This document shows, piece after piece, positions 1 through 14,100 of a DNA stretch of 64,000 bases (position 1 is the stretch's first letter; every line of letters starts with the position of its first letter). The notes below the pieces were generated by a model. The model was not told the DNA's origin, ran no database searches, and saw only the letters and a program-made list of their open reading frames with translations. This DNA comes from Raja brachyura (lineage: Eukaryota): the NCBI GenBank assembly GCA_963514005.1, contig OY740809.1, forward strand, positions 22,692,001-22,756,000, in the 5' to 3' direction. A program made the translations under genes and the position numbers.

Positions 1-29
1 ATGATGTACAGATATCTTGGGGTGGGAAG

Positions 30-290
30 CAATAGCTCCCTGAAACATTGGTCAGAATGCACTGATGGTAGTGTGCACTGTACTGGTTGTCACACTACAG
101 GAGGAATGTGTTCGCACTAGAGAGTGCAGAAGGGATTCACCAAGATGTTGCTGGAAAGGAGGGCTAATAAGACATTGAATAGGTTAGGTTTATCCTCACT
201 GAAATGTAGGTGGCTGAAGGGTGACCCTTTGAGGTTCATAACATTATGAGAGTATTAGATGGGATAGGTAATCAGAATCTTTCATCCCAA
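30..290 (+). mobile_element. Old CR1 LINE 3' fragment
   Basis: Decayed 'agagtgcagaagggattcacc...gggtgacc...gataggtaatcagaatcttt' CR1 ORF2 end. Confidence 0.5.
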
Positions 291-299
291 TTTACAATG

Positions 300-544
300 G
301 CTTCATAATTCACAACTCTTCAATCCTTTTGTCTCATAACCTTTCATCTCTGACCTTCACCTAACAATTTGCTTATCAACCCCCTCCCCTCAGTTCACCT
401 ATTAACTGTCATGCTTTGTCCTGCCCCTCCTCTCTTCCAGCTCCCCCCTTCCCAACAATCAGTCTGAAGAAGGGTTCCAACCTGAAATGCCATCTATCCA
501 TGTTCTCCAGAGATGCTGCCTAACCTGCTGAGTTACTCCAGCAC

Positions 545-545
<1 letters not shown>
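300..545 (+). mobile_element. Penelope-type terminal-repeat fragment with degenerate hammerhead core
   Basis: cagtCTGAAGAagggttccaacctGAAAtgcc at 460-491, followed by the family tail tctccagagatgctgcc...gagttactccagca. Confidence 0.6.
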
Positions 546-578
<33 letters not shown>

Positions 579-597
579 TGTGCGTATATATATGTGT
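545..597. repeat. (TG)n microsatellite
   Basis: Direct observation. Confidence 0.95.
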
Positions 598-3539
598 TTT
601 ACTAAAACCAGACATGGGCAACATGACCTAATTGTTCATGGCACTGTTTGGTAATGACATGATTATATTTATAAGCATTCGACAAACAAAATGGCTAGTC
701 CATACAAGCATGATTCATTATAAGAAGTAATCGGTTGAATTCTCAGGTTGGCATGATTCAGCTTGGAAAACCACGCGACTGTTTTGCACTCAAGGACATC
801 TATTATTATTTGCGTGGGGCTAAGAAACGCAGCTCCTTGACTGAAACTCTTTGGCAAATAAGTTTATCTAAGGCAGATTAGCAAGTGAAATATAAATCAC
901 AATGAGTTTAAAACAATTTATTTGGAAATAGAATGAGAGTTATTTCTACAAATTCTAAAAGCAAACACTGCAAATGCTCGAAGCTTAAAAACAAAACCAT
1001 TAAATATTGGAAACACTCAGAGAGCGAAGAATCAAGATCAATGGAGAAAGAGGAATAATGTTTCAGATAAATGGCCTTTTATCATTATCTATATAAAATG
1101 TCATAATCTCACCACAAATAAATGTTTTACAACACTTTAATAAGTATCTCGTCTAGAATGTCCCAGATAGAACAATGAAATTGTACATCTTAAGATGGCG
1201 CCTGTCTGCGGTGACATGTTGCAAGCAATACAACAGAAATAATCAAATATAGTATCTGAGGAAATAATGGAATCAATTGCCAGTCAATTTGTGGATTATC
1301 AGCACATTACGTACGACAGCAAGGAGCTGTATGCATGGTTCATCAAGATCAACTAAGATCAAATGAGCCTCCTCGCTCGCCCTGCGGTACTGAGGCAAGT
1401 ATCCTTTTTAATTGCTAGTCAGGTCATTGGAGTAGGCCTTGAACCTTCTGATCATGCAGAAGTCCTGAATACCTTCTAACAGGGAGATTAAAATAATTAG
1501 GCCAGAATCACTGAATAGCTATGCAGAATATAAAAACATGTAGTTAAAAGACTAACATCAGGAAAAAATAAGTTTTGATGTCACAAGCATTGATGTCGTG
1601 AAAGATAACACCAGATGGTGGTCTACAAGTTAGTGGGCTGGCAAGTTATAAGGGATTAGCATGCATAATTGAACCAAATCATCCTTTTGATCCTCACTTC
1701 ATTATAAATTACAATGGTGTATAATTTTGCAGGTAATGCTTTTGATGAAGAATTTAGTGCAATTACCTTGGATGCGTGGAAATCCTTGTGAATAAATGTT
1801 TAATTCCATGTTTGGCCTCCACCCGTTGCTAAGTACTTTAAACCTTCAAATCGGGCAGTGGAAACGCAGCTCCTCCCCCCAGGGCACCCCTCCTACCCCA
1901 ACTGATTGTTGGCCCCAGATTAAACGTGGTAATTGGAGTTAAGATGGAGTGCTGCAGATTGCAGGGACCTTGCCCTGGGCTCTGGGATGTTACCGCTGTA
2001 AAAATGCACAGATGCTACTTGCAGTTTTTCCTGAACTTGTGCTGAGGGAGTACACAGATTGAACTGCCATACAACCCTAGTCACATTTAATAACTCTTCT
2101 CTCACTGGGTCCCAAGCCCTGAGGGTACCATGGCGATTTCTCAGAAAACCTAATCTCTGATCTTTAAAAATATAATTATCCCAACAATACTAAAAATCAA
2201 TGGTGAAACCTGTTTTCTTCAGTTCCAACACACATGTTATAATTTGCAGCATCAGTCTATTCAGTTCTCCAATGTCTGCTCTAAATTTATTTGTGCTTGT
2301 AATGGGGAGCTCGTAATCCCAATTTCTCATCTGGATTTATTCAGCAGGCAGTGACATCCCTCAGAAAAACAAAGGTGGTTGATTCAGAGTTAAAAATGAC
2401 AAGGTACATGAACTGAACCAAAGAAAATGACTTCAGGCCATAATGTGTTCTTGAGGAAAACTAATAAAATAAGTAAAAAGATTGCTTTAGAAATTTTACA
2501 AAATGGTTCATAAATTATATATTCAATTCAAGGATGAAGGTTATTCACAGGATAGTTATTTATGGATAACAAAGCAAAGTGTAGGAACGGATGGTAGTTT
2601 GTTATACTGAGTTCCAACAGATTTGGGACTTCCTGAAACTACCAAATTTCCAAGAGGGTAACATTTACTTTTTTTGAGAATACAGGGTAGAATGAATTAC
2701 TTTGAGGTCACATAATGTACGCAGACTGTTACTCTCATTATATTCTGAATATTGTTGGGATGACCTTCTTCAGTCCTTCACTGAGCAGGTTGACACTTTC
2801 TTCTTCGCTATCAGCAGCAGAAAAAAATGACCAAAGAAATAAAGATCCTTTGACCTAGTGTGTGTATGCCAGTCATTGTACCACTATATTCTACTCCCAT
2901 TTCCTAATTCAGCCTGTAGCCTTCTATTGCTACTGTATGCTCCAAGTGCCATTTTAATTTTATATCCTTCTTAAATATTATGACACCCTCTCAGTCTGTG
3001 CATTTCTGAATTCAATCTCGCAATGAAAAAAATTAAAGTACTTCTCAATCACCTACCCTTTACCTTTAAAGCTTAAATGTTCTGGTCACGTTTACCGTTT
3101 ATCATTATCCACCCCTGACAACACCCATAATAATTTTGTATACCCATATCACCTTCTCCCCCAACCCTCCTTTGCTCCAAAGACAACATACCCAGCTTAT
3201 TCCTTGTAACTGAAATGTTCCATGCCACATCATAGTGATCCAGGTCCCTGTCTAATGAAACAAATATTTTCTGCATGCCTTCTTCATCATTCTAGCTAAC
3301 TGTGGAGGCTGAGAAAATTGTACCGAGTAAGTTAAACTACCTCAAGTAAAGGCACATTGAAATTAGCAGATGAAAGATATCAAGGAAAGAATCATATCTA
3401 TAAACAACTCAAAATTAGATTAATGCCAGGTTTATGGCTGGACTGTCTTAATTGCAGGATTATTGTTCTTTAATCTCAGAAAAATTGAATAAATATCTGC
3501 CCCATCTCTCCTAATAGAAGGATAAAGTTGAGTTTTCTG

Positions 3540-3980
3540 TTTGGTGTAGTTTATTGTCACATGAACTGAGGTACAGTGAAAAGCCTTTTTGTTGTGTGCT
3601 ATCCAGTCAGCAGAAAGATTATACATGGTTACAATCAAGCCGTCCACATTGTATATACAAGATAACGGAATTACATTTAGTGCAAGATAAAACCAGTAGT
3701 CCAATTAAAGATAGTCCAAGGGTCTCCAACAAGATAGATGGTAGGTCAGAAGCACTCTCCAGTTTGTGATGGAATGGTTCAGTTGCCTGATAACTGGGAA
3801 CTGCCCCTGAATCTGGAGGTATGCGTTTTCACACTTGTGTACCTCTTGCTTGATGGGAGAGGGAGTGACCGGGGTGTGGCACTCCTTGATTATGCTGGTG
3901 GCTTGCCGACGCAGCGTGAATTATAGGAGTCAATGGAAGTGAGGTTGGTTTGCATGATGGTCTGGGCTGTGTCCATAATA
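3540..3980 (-). mobile_element. Rex1/L2-like LINE 3' fragment
   Basis: tttattgtcaca...ggtacagtgaaaagc tail pattern, shared with similar copies at about 11.7 kb and 43.6 kb. Confidence 0.5.
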
Positions 3981-5009
3981 CAGCAGCAGAAATCTGTACT
4001 TTTTTTCATGTCATAAGCTGTTATATTAACAATAAAATAGCGAGAATCTAAAATACAACACATCAGCGTTCTTTAAAAAGACACAGCAAGTGGGCCTTAC
4101 CTATTAGTGATAGCGCTGTGTACACAGAGTGAGATTAACGAGTTGTTTTAATCTGCACTGATTTAATGATGTGCTCATCATTCGAAGCAGGGTTAAATTC
4201 AGTTTGAAGCATCTTTTTGCTAACAAGCAGCAGGTATAGCTGATGACATCTTTCAGCCCATTAATTGCATTAATAACCACCTTTTTACTATTTCCATTAG
4301 CGTACTTTGTCATAATTCCATCACCGTAGGAATAATAATTTTCTTCAGCCTGGTGCACAGATAAAGTAATCTGACATTTAGTTTAATGAGGAAAAATGTA
4401 ATTGATACAAATTGCTCATTTCAGTCTAATGCAATGCAGATCAAATTTTACAACGGATGTCACTTAAAATTGTTTTTGCTTGTAATGAAGCAGGAAAATG
4501 TATCTTTCACATAATCTTGCAAACTGCTCAGTAACTGTATACAAGGTTTCCCTCTAGTGTTGAAATCCACTGATGTTTACATTCCAACTTCACTTAAGGG
4601 AACACTTAACATTTTGTTTAGCCTCCTGTCATAACAACAGCTGGTATAACTAAAGTGAACAGTGGCATATGCCAACTTGCGAATGCAAGCTATTAAAATA
4701 TGTTTGGGAACAACTTTTAGCAAACATTAGTCTTCTCAAATATGCATCTTTTGGCATTGGTCATGAAGATAATAAAATCTCTTTTGCTGTAAACATTGGT
4801 CTCCTATTTATTTTTACCATGCCCACCAACAACTTACTCTGACGATGAATGCCACTGAAACGAATTAAACCAGTCCATCCAATGTCATATTTTGTTTTAA
4901 TTTAGTGCACACTTTCATTTAACACAAAAGATCTTTAGCTTGAGAGTCTAATCTTCTCATTGCTTTCCTTTCAATTATGCCAATAAAGCATTGTGATCTT
5001 TAATTTTTG

Positions 5010-5310
5010 AGTTATAGTTTTAGATGCAACGTGAAAATAGACCTTCGGTTCACCGAGGCCATGCCAACCAGCGGTCCCCGTTCATTAGCGCTATCCTAAA
5101 CACACTAGGGAGAATTTACAATTTTACCAAGCCATTTAGCTGACAAACCTGCAAGTCTTTGGATTGTGAGAGGAAACCAGAGCACCCGGGGAAAACCCAC
5201 GCAGGTCATGGGGAGAATGAACAAACTCCCTACAGACAGCACCCATAGTTAGGATTAAATCCGTCTCCCTAGCACTGTAAAGCAGTGACTCTACTGCTGC
5301 GCCACTGTGC
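5010..5310 (-). mobile_element. HE1/V-SINE-like tRNA-derived SINE
   Basis: On minus: gcacagtggcgcagcagtagag... head, V-domain-like ttctccccatgacctgcgtgggttt, CR1-like tail. Confidence 0.75.
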
Positions 5311-6949
5311 CTCCCCTTCTATTCTGTTCAAAGTAATCCGCCCCAGTTCTCAAACTGGTCCTGGGAATCAAAGATGCTCAAACATGTGATATCAGCTCCT
5401 ACTCAACATTTTAAAAATGGAGCCAACAAGTTATAATTTATTTAATATATTTAACACTAACACTATTTTTTCTTTTGTATTATTTGTCTGGGACTAGAAA
5501 AATGAAAAGATCTTCTGATAGACACAGGCTGATTTTTCCTTCCTCCACCCCATCAGATCGCAACCAGAAGTACACATATCTTAGTTCCCTGAATGATATT
5601 AAGATAATCAACAAAGAAAAAAAACATCTTACAACCCTTATGGGATCCCATTAATGGCTAGCTTCCAGAAATCATTCAATAATGTAGTTCTGGTCAGTTT
5701 TAGTAGTAAATAAATCTATCTCCCAAAAGTCACAATCATTCTTTACCTTTCCACTGTCTTAATTTGGAGCAGGTCATGGTATTTTCAGCATGATGTTATT
5801 TTAGTAGGCATTTGAACAATGTCCTCTACAAAGATCACCTAGTCCATAACAAAAACTTAACTGGAAGCAATCTATTCTATAGCATTAACGAGTAGCATAA
5901 TCAAATGTGATATATGCACAATTTCCATCCCTGCTAATGATGCAGACTTGAACACATTGGGCATCATTTCAAAGTTTGCAGATGGAAATTAATAAATAGC
6001 GAGGACCACAACAGATTCCAGATGGCCAGATTTACGTGAATGCAAGCGTGAAGTTAACACTTTAGTAGGAATAAGTAAATAACCCATGTAGAGTAGTACA
6101 CAGTCTAAGAGTGTACATATGCAAGTCTTTTAAGATGGCAGTAAAATTAGGAAGGTGTTAAAGCTCAACTTTCTAAATTTTACATTGAGGAAATAATGAA
6201 GAATTAGCATACATGTAAAATTAAAAAAAATGTTTATTTCAACTGGAGAAATGCATTCACTTTTGAATCCCATACTTTACGAAGAACGACCAAACCGTGA
6301 ATCGGGTGCAAATTAACTTTGTGCTCAACATTGTGAAGTGTTTTAATTTTTCTCTTGATCACTGGACCAAAACAAAAGACGCAACATGAGTAAACTACTG
6401 TTTTATGCAACCAGTTATGTCTGCAACACCTGAAAATATTGTGGAAGTGGACACACTTTAAAACTACATTGGATAAACACTTGAAAGGATATTAATTTAG
6501 AAAGGGAAGGATAGGATAGGAAATGATGACTAATAGAGTAACTCATTATGTTGTACTACCAAGTAATCTAAACGGTTTGCATGGACAGTCCACTCTAATA
6601 ATTCTAATTCAGTTTGGTCAGAGGAGAAACTATATGCTTCTCAGACAGCAACAAGCTAAATGTATAGGGTAGCATATCTGGGAACATTGGTAAAGCATTT
6701 ACAGAGTGTGTTAATGAGCAGTGGCATACACTCCTATAAATTCATATAGATCCTTGATTAGCCCACACTTGTGAGGATTGAACACAGGCAGTCTATACAC
6801 CACTACAAATATCAAAGTGTTGGGAGTATGAAGATATACAAGATTTCAAAAATTAGGCAAATGTTAAGAGTGCGGATGTCTGTTCTCTGGAAGAGATGAG
6901 ATTTGGCAAAGGTTTATGAATTAACTCAGTTTGTTTCTCAAATTGCCAC

Positions 6950-7745
6950 CATACTGAGGGTTCTGAGTCTCTGCTCATCCCTGTACAACTGGATGTCCAA
7001 CATGCTCATTGACAGACCACAACCAGCACAAATTGGCAGTACAAATCTCCTCGATAACCATCAGCTCAGCACAGCACCTCAGGGCTGTGTGCTTAGTCCC
7101 CTGATCTGCTCTCTCTACACCCATCACTGTCACTGGATGCCATCTTTAAATTCACCGACAACACCACAGTTGCTGCACCGCCGTGGATGAATAATGGGTA
7201 ATAATGTCGGAGTACAGGAGGGAGATCTGAAATCTGATTGAATGGTGCCAGGGCAACAACCTTGTTGGTCTGAAGAAGGGTTTAGCCCGAAACGTTGCCC
7301 ATTTTCTTCGCTCCATAGATGCTGCTGCACCCGCTGAGTTTCTTCAGCATTTTTGTGAACTTTGCTCTCAATGTCATCAAGACCAAGGAGCTGATTTTTG
7401 ACTTTAGAAAGGGAAGGCTGACGATTACAAACCTGTCGTCATCAATTGGTTGGAGGTGGAGTGTCAATAACTATATAGTTCCTGGGTGCGCATATCACTG
7501 AAGATCTGTCCTGGACCAAGTATACCAATGCTTCTATTTCCTTAGAAGATTGTGGAGATTCGGTATGTCGATGAATTCACTCATAATTGTGTACAGATGT
7601 ACTGAAGCGAGCATATTGACCTTTTGCCTCGTGGGCTTGTTTAGCAACTCGAACCCCCAGAAAGAAAGAAAGTTACAAAAGTAGTGGACACTGCCCGGTC
7701 CTTCATGGTCACTGACCTCCTTACCAAAGAAGGAATCCATAGGAA
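6950..7745 (+). mobile_element. Rex1/Babar-like LINE RT fragment, interrupted by a Penelope repeat
   Basis: CSSLYNW...DRPQ, STAPQGCVLSPLICSLYTH, LNVIKTKELIFDFRK; frameshifted. Confidence 0.75.
7267..7299 (+). ncRNA. Minimal type I hammerhead ribozyme motif, best-preserved copy
   Basis: GGU-CUGAAGA-A-GGGU(UUA)GCCC-GAAAC-GUU^GCC. Sits in a 93-bp insert (7265-7357) flanked by aaccttg/aactttg. Confidence 0.6.
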
Positions 7746-7903
7746 TATTAAAAAATGATTTTAAAGTTTATATGATGCACGCACACAATACATTGTGGTA
7801 TGTGTAGGGACTTTGGGAAATAATAACGAATTATTTTTATATTGAATGCATCAAATGTGCAACTCAGTGAATAGGAAATTGCCACAGATTTATAAAAAAG
7901 GTA

Positions 7904-7909
7904 TTTATT
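7904..7909 (-). terminator. Candidate CLSPN polyadenylation signal AATAAA
   Basis: tttatt on + strand, about 110 nt downstream of the stop; other sites possible. Confidence 0.4.
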
Positions 7910-8020
7910 TCTCAGATAAAACAATCTAGCAAGAGCATTTATAATCATATACAAGCAGAACACACCTAATTTACAAAACAAACTGAATACCAAGTGAAAC
8001 TATATTTATAATTACAATAA

Positions 8021-8137
8021 TTATTTCTCTAAATATCGAAATATACTTCTAGTTTGGGGGGTCGTTTTTGGTGTCTTCTCAGTGCGTGGTCGCTTTGCTA
8101 ATGAAGTAATCGGGGTAGCAGCAGTCTTTCGTTTTGT
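8021..8137 (-). CDS. CLSPN: CLSPN exon 26, terminal ([38 protein letters not shown])
   Basis: ttccag acceptor; ends [13 protein letters not shown], like the vertebrate Claspin C-terminus. Confidence 0.9.
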   Translation of the reverse strand, partial: TKRKTAATPITSLAKRPRTEKTPKTTPQTRSIFRYLEK

Positions 8138-11100
8138 CTGGAAAATAAAGTGGATTCTTTATTTCTGCTGGCAATATTCTTTTTACACCATTACCAAAGC
8201 TATACGCAAAAACCAATGAATCTATGAATGGACACAAGACAATAAGAGCATTTTCTCAGCCAACCAAATGGAGTCATATTTTAATTGTTGCAAAAAATGA
8301 TGGAAGCCCCTTCTTGGAGATATTATTAATCTATGGAAGCATATTATTTGTAGGAACATACTAAATGACTCAACTTTCTAAACTAAAGAATACATGTGCT
8401 CTGTTCAGAAATTAAGTCCCTGGTATAATTCAGCAAATCTGGATTGTATGCACTCTGAAGTCGCTCTCTCCTTAAGCTAAATGCCCAACACTAATCGCAT
8501 TATTCCCAATACTGTCTTACCAAGATTCTGATGAATTTGATGCAGTATTTGATTTTTCAATTCAACATCATCCACCCAACATTAAGGGCCAACATGTTTC
8601 TTTCAGAATGTTTATACCAACAATTTTATGTGCTTGTCTGGCTGGGGCAATGAATCTTTGGAATTTCCTGTACCCAAAGAGTTATGGAAGCTCAATAATT
8701 GAAGATATTTAAGAGATTGCAAGGATTTGTACATATAAAAGGATCGGGGGATCTGGACCAACTCAGGTAAGTGGCAGTAAGGTTAAAGATTACCTTATTG
8801 AATGACAAAGCAGACATGAGATGCCAAATGGCTACTTCTGTGACAGCCTGGAATATTTCATTCGGATCTGGCAATTATGCTATCAAGTATGCAACACCTT
8901 CTAATGCTACCTCTTGTGTTTATCTCATCCAGTATTTTAAACTCCTTTGCCTGAACTATATATAGGAGCATCACATTCTTTTGTCAAAATGGTCAGAACA
9001 TATTAAGAACTTTACCTACATAATGAGTCTACATACATATAATCATTGTAGTACCCAAAAGGCCAGATCCTTTTGAACTTACTAGCATGCTCATTTGGTG
9101 CTCACAACATGTCTTTACAATTTCTTGTCAATATTTTTTATAATTGCTCTTTGCTTTCCTAATTTCACTCCTATATTTCCTCTACACTTACAGAATGACA
9201 GTGTTTGACATTAGCTTCCCTTCACCGACTTATCTTGCTCTCTGTGATATCGTCATCAGGCAAGCTAAGGATTTGGCAATCTCACCTTCTCCCTGTGCAG
9301 TGGTGCACTCATCATGAATCCACTGAAAGAAACCCTTGTTAAATGGCTCCCACTGCTTTGTCATGGATAAACCTTCAGGCAGCTTCTTCCACACAATTTT
9401 TGCTCAATAATTTATATAAAGCAAAATTAGTCTTGCCATGATTTACTCCTGTTTTGTAATTATGTAGATTGATTTTGATCACCATCAACAAAATGTCCCC
9501 CTCTGATGTTTCTTCCAAATGCCCACCTTTCCCCAAGACTAAATTCAGAAATACCCACGCCCAATGTTTGGAAAATCTCCTGAGTGCGAGACACAGTTGC
9601 AGCTTTCCAATGGTACCTATCCGGTACATCACTCTTTTTCAGTCTTACCTGTGGTTTTGATTCCAGGTTCTTCATGTCATTCTTTTGTGGAGATAGTGTG
9701 TGGAAGACAAAATTCCGGGAGCTGGCACGAGGAGCATTTAGATTCAAGTCTGATATTGCTGCCAGCTTCTGTAGTACCTCTCGAGGTTGGTTCAGTAGGG
9801 ATCCATTCTTCCTCTATGCCACAATAAAATATAGAACACAATAACTTTACATTCTCTAGCCTTTATCTGACATTTCATTCTCAAGATATGGACCAAAACA
9901 TGAAATGCAAATGTTTCTACATAACTGTTATCTAACCGATCTAACAAGCACTATGTCCTGGAATCATTGTTTGAGATGACTTTAAATGATTTTAATTAGA
10001 TTATTTAACTCACCTACATATACAACATACTATTAAGACTTCACTAAAAACACAGACACCATTTCAAATAATTTATTTCACAGGATTTCACAAGAGCTAA
10101 ACAATTTATCTGAACCACTTCCAATTTCTCCTCATTTTTCCACACCCAACAGCAGCGGACCTGCCTTGCCCCAGCCCCAAACCAGGAAATAATTGTCCCT
10201 TTTCTAAAGGCAAGTATCTCTCCAACTAAAATGCTGGGTATACTTCTTGGGATACTTGCTTTCAGTTGCAGTCAAAATCAGACTTCTTCACAATACACCA
10301 TGCTAGTGATCTCACACCATTAAAAAAAAAAATACTTGGCACCTTGTGTTCAATTGCCTTCTTAATACGTTAGATCTAAAATTTATAAAAGCTACAATCA
10401 TTTAGCCAATGAAGGAAAAGTTAATTACAGCCACATTTTCAACACTGCCCAATGAAAATAAAAGCAATTAAAATCAAATAAACACACTCTTAATTTATGA
10501 CATTATCAGTTTAAGAGCACAGAATCAATATTCCAAAATATTCATACATCTAAAAAACAAGTTTCATTTTTACTCACAATGACATTATTGTAAAGTAGTA
10601 ACATATTTTGAAAATAGATCAACACATGTAAAAAATAACACTGATCTATGTGCTTCCTTCACCTCTCATTTCTGGAAATTGAGAGTCAAAACATATTTGA
10701 CAAGGTTGATTACATACCCAAAAAATAGATTTGTGAGGCTCGACTCCTATTGATTCCTGCGTTTTTGTTTCTGGAACCACTTCTGCAGAGCTACCTGCAA
10801 ACCGGATATGACCAATATTAGTTTGGCTTCTCTTAAGAATGTAATCTCATACACAAGGCAATTTTGAGCTGAAAATAAATCTACATTTTATGACACAATT
10901 GAGTTTTATATTCACACGTACAAGTTTTAGCAGTTTCCTCACACACATTTTTGATGAAAACTTTAAATAATGTCATCGTTACAACTGCAATATTTAAGAG
11001 CAGAACTAAAATTGGTTTCATTTATTGCGTGGTATTGACTTTCTGCAGTTCATTTGTGATTTTTCAATGTTTATACACAGGATGTGAATATTGATTTGAA

Positions 11101-14100
11101 CAGATGTACCTACTTTTATGTAAAGTTTTGATGGTAATTTTCTTTGCCAGTTTCATGAATTGGCTTCCTTCACCAACCTCTTCCTCACTATCTGCATCCT
11201 GGGACTGAAGGTGGGAGCAGTAAAAAAACATTTTTGCTGTCAGTAAGCAAAATAAGTAGTGAGCCAACAAATACCGTAAACTTCAGAAAATGCTTTTCTT
11301 CCTTTATCGCTATCTTACATGCAAAAATTGTCCACTACCACTATACCGGTAGAGGGCAAAATAAAAATCCTATAATATTTGAACTAAAATCTTATGCAGT
11401 ATGATATGAAGTTTTTTCATCTCTATAGTTCACACCTTCACATACATTATCAGAAAACAGACTAGCTTATTTTCTGACTAAGTGGAAGAGTGGCAGTTTT
11501 TCGGCTAGTGTACTTCGGCTAGCGACAGCAGCATTGACTATTACCAACGACTATTCTTGGACCAGTTTCCTGGACAGGGTTTGCAACGTCTCTGGACAGA
11601 AATCTCCAGCATGGAGATGTTGAACATTGCAACCTCCAAAGATTCTCCAAACTACATAGGCTTGGGAGCATTATTTTTGTTTTGCCACTATTATTGTTTG
11701 TTATATATACTGAACTTTTCTTGTTGTTTGTAATGGTGTTTACAGAGTACAAGGTTTACATATCTGTTTCTGCAAGTAAGAATTTCATTGCTCGGTTTAG
11801 GGACATACAACAATAAAACACGACTCTCTTGACTTGTAATCTTGTATAGTCTTTTCGTTGACTGGATAGCAAGCAAACAAAAGCTTTATATTGTACCTCG
11901 ATACATCTAACAATGATAAACTAAACTAAGAGCACCCTTGAGCCAGCAGAAACATATCATTTATTCTCGTGATACTTCTGCATATCTGATAGATTTACAA
12001 GACAAAAGCAAATTTGCATGACAACAAATATCTATGAATGCTATGTAGCAGGTCTGGCTAATTAACCAGAACTGATTCCAATATTTATATTACACAATAA
12101 TGTTAACTTAATCAAATATAGTTGCTTCAGGGATGCAACGTAAAAGCAGAATCACTTACATAACTAATAGATCAAATTAAAATGTAAAAAAACTTGTATG
12201 TAGAGAAAGCACCTTCTCACGAAGCCACTGTTCGCGTTCAAACCGATCCTTCCGCCATTTTACTTCTGCCTCATCTACTTCCTCATTTGTTTCATCTTCA
12301 GAATCTGCATTCGACTGGTCAATGGGCGAGAAATCATCTGAAGCAATACATTTACAAATATTCAAAATGGAGTTTAGATATGATCAATATTTTCTGTTAA
12401 ATGATTTGCAGCTGAGCCAGACATGCATGCTGAACAGCTGCACAATACATCTGCATGCAACAACAGTTGAGATAAACAATGGATGGATAGGGAAGAAATT
12501 AAAACCAAAAGTGTTTCAAACTCTATCTTGCCAAAGTCAACCAAATTCAAACTTGGCTTAGACAAAAGGAAATAGCATTGGATTAATGAATCAGCTCTAC
12601 TGGCACATACCATTACTAACACACAAATAAGATATATTAACATAAAATGTAAATTGTTTTTATATAGTCACTATGAATCAGTCTCCTTTTCCCCGGAGCA
12701 TCTTGCTAAGGTAATCAGAGAATAACACACGAGAAATGCTGACAATTTACTAACTCCTGCTGAAACGGAAAAATGCCAAATCCAAAAGGCACTCCAAAAA
12801 ACACTTTGAAACTCACCAATATTTTTCCAACGGAATCTTCGTGCCCGCCCTGGTCCATCGTTGTGCAGGTCTCCATCGGCCAAGTATTGTTCCTGATAAA
12901 GACGCAATTGTCGTTTATCGTCATCCATCAAAACCTTCCTGCAAAACGTTGGTGTGCGGTTGTGGTGGAAGGAAAATAGTAATTAGAAGGTAGGAGATTT
13001 TTTAAAATCAGTTCTATCTACATCACCGTACAATCTTGCTTTAGTACATAGTCTTTAGCTCTAAATGTCTACATCCACCTGATTGTTGATTTAAGGACAT
13101 CAAGAGACTGCAGAGAGCAGTGAACTTTGCCACAGCACTTCTGTCATCTAACACCGACATAAGGTAGTGACATCTATCATCAAGGTTCCCCACCATGCAG
13201 GCCTTACGCTCTTATCACCATCACCAATGAACAGGAGGTACAGAAGCCTGAAGCCGTACACCATCAGGTTCGGGAACAGGAACTTTCCAATAACTATCAG
13301 ATTCTTGAACCAACCCGCTCAACGATAATCCCAACTCAAAAAACGAACAATGTGGACTACATCTTGCACCACCATGTAGTGATATAATTTGTTCAAATCA
13401 TTTTTTGGACTAATATCTTGTTTTTTTTGTAGTTTTTTTCTATTCTATTTTACAGTCTTGCAGAATTTATGGATAATATGTATAATTTGTGTTTTAATGT
13501 ATTTGTCCGAGTCTGTGATGCTGCTGCAAGGAACATTTTCATTTAATCTGTACTTCACCATACTCATGCGTATACTAGACTTGTCCAGTTATCTGTGAAC
13601 ATTTAATGAGCTAATAAAAGGCACAGTTCTTTTAACCCAGTGTATGTTCTAGCACATCGCAATCAAACAGGTCAGAAAGCTGCTGGGCCCCTCAATCAAA
13701 CTGAAAAATAACCTCAGACAGAATCCCAAAAACTATGCATAAAGCTGGAAATACAGATTATATTTAAATCATGCATAAAGCAAAACAAAAGGTGAGGAAA
13801 GCTAAATATGAAAAATTGTCTTGCGTTCTCTGCGGAGACAGAATAAATAATCCTTCATCATAGCAAAAAGATCGAAGATGTGGGGTGGGAGGGTGGAGAT
13901 GGACAATCAACTGTTTTTTCCCTAAAATATTTCAACACAAATCATCTTTTTGAAGATTGAAGCTCAGGATTTATGAAATAACATTTTCAGGGCAGTGGGT
14001 TTGCTTGGTAGCAGTCATCATGCCGTTAACATTTCACTAACTCCCAAATACATAACTCCCAGCTTCTCATCATTATCAGTATGAAAGCTAGGTGCCGAGT

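Noticed and set aside
8021-8070. Suspected frameshift at the G-run in the last CLSPN exon
   Set aside because: Recounting six G's keeps the frame and gives the conserved [10 protein letters not shown] ending.
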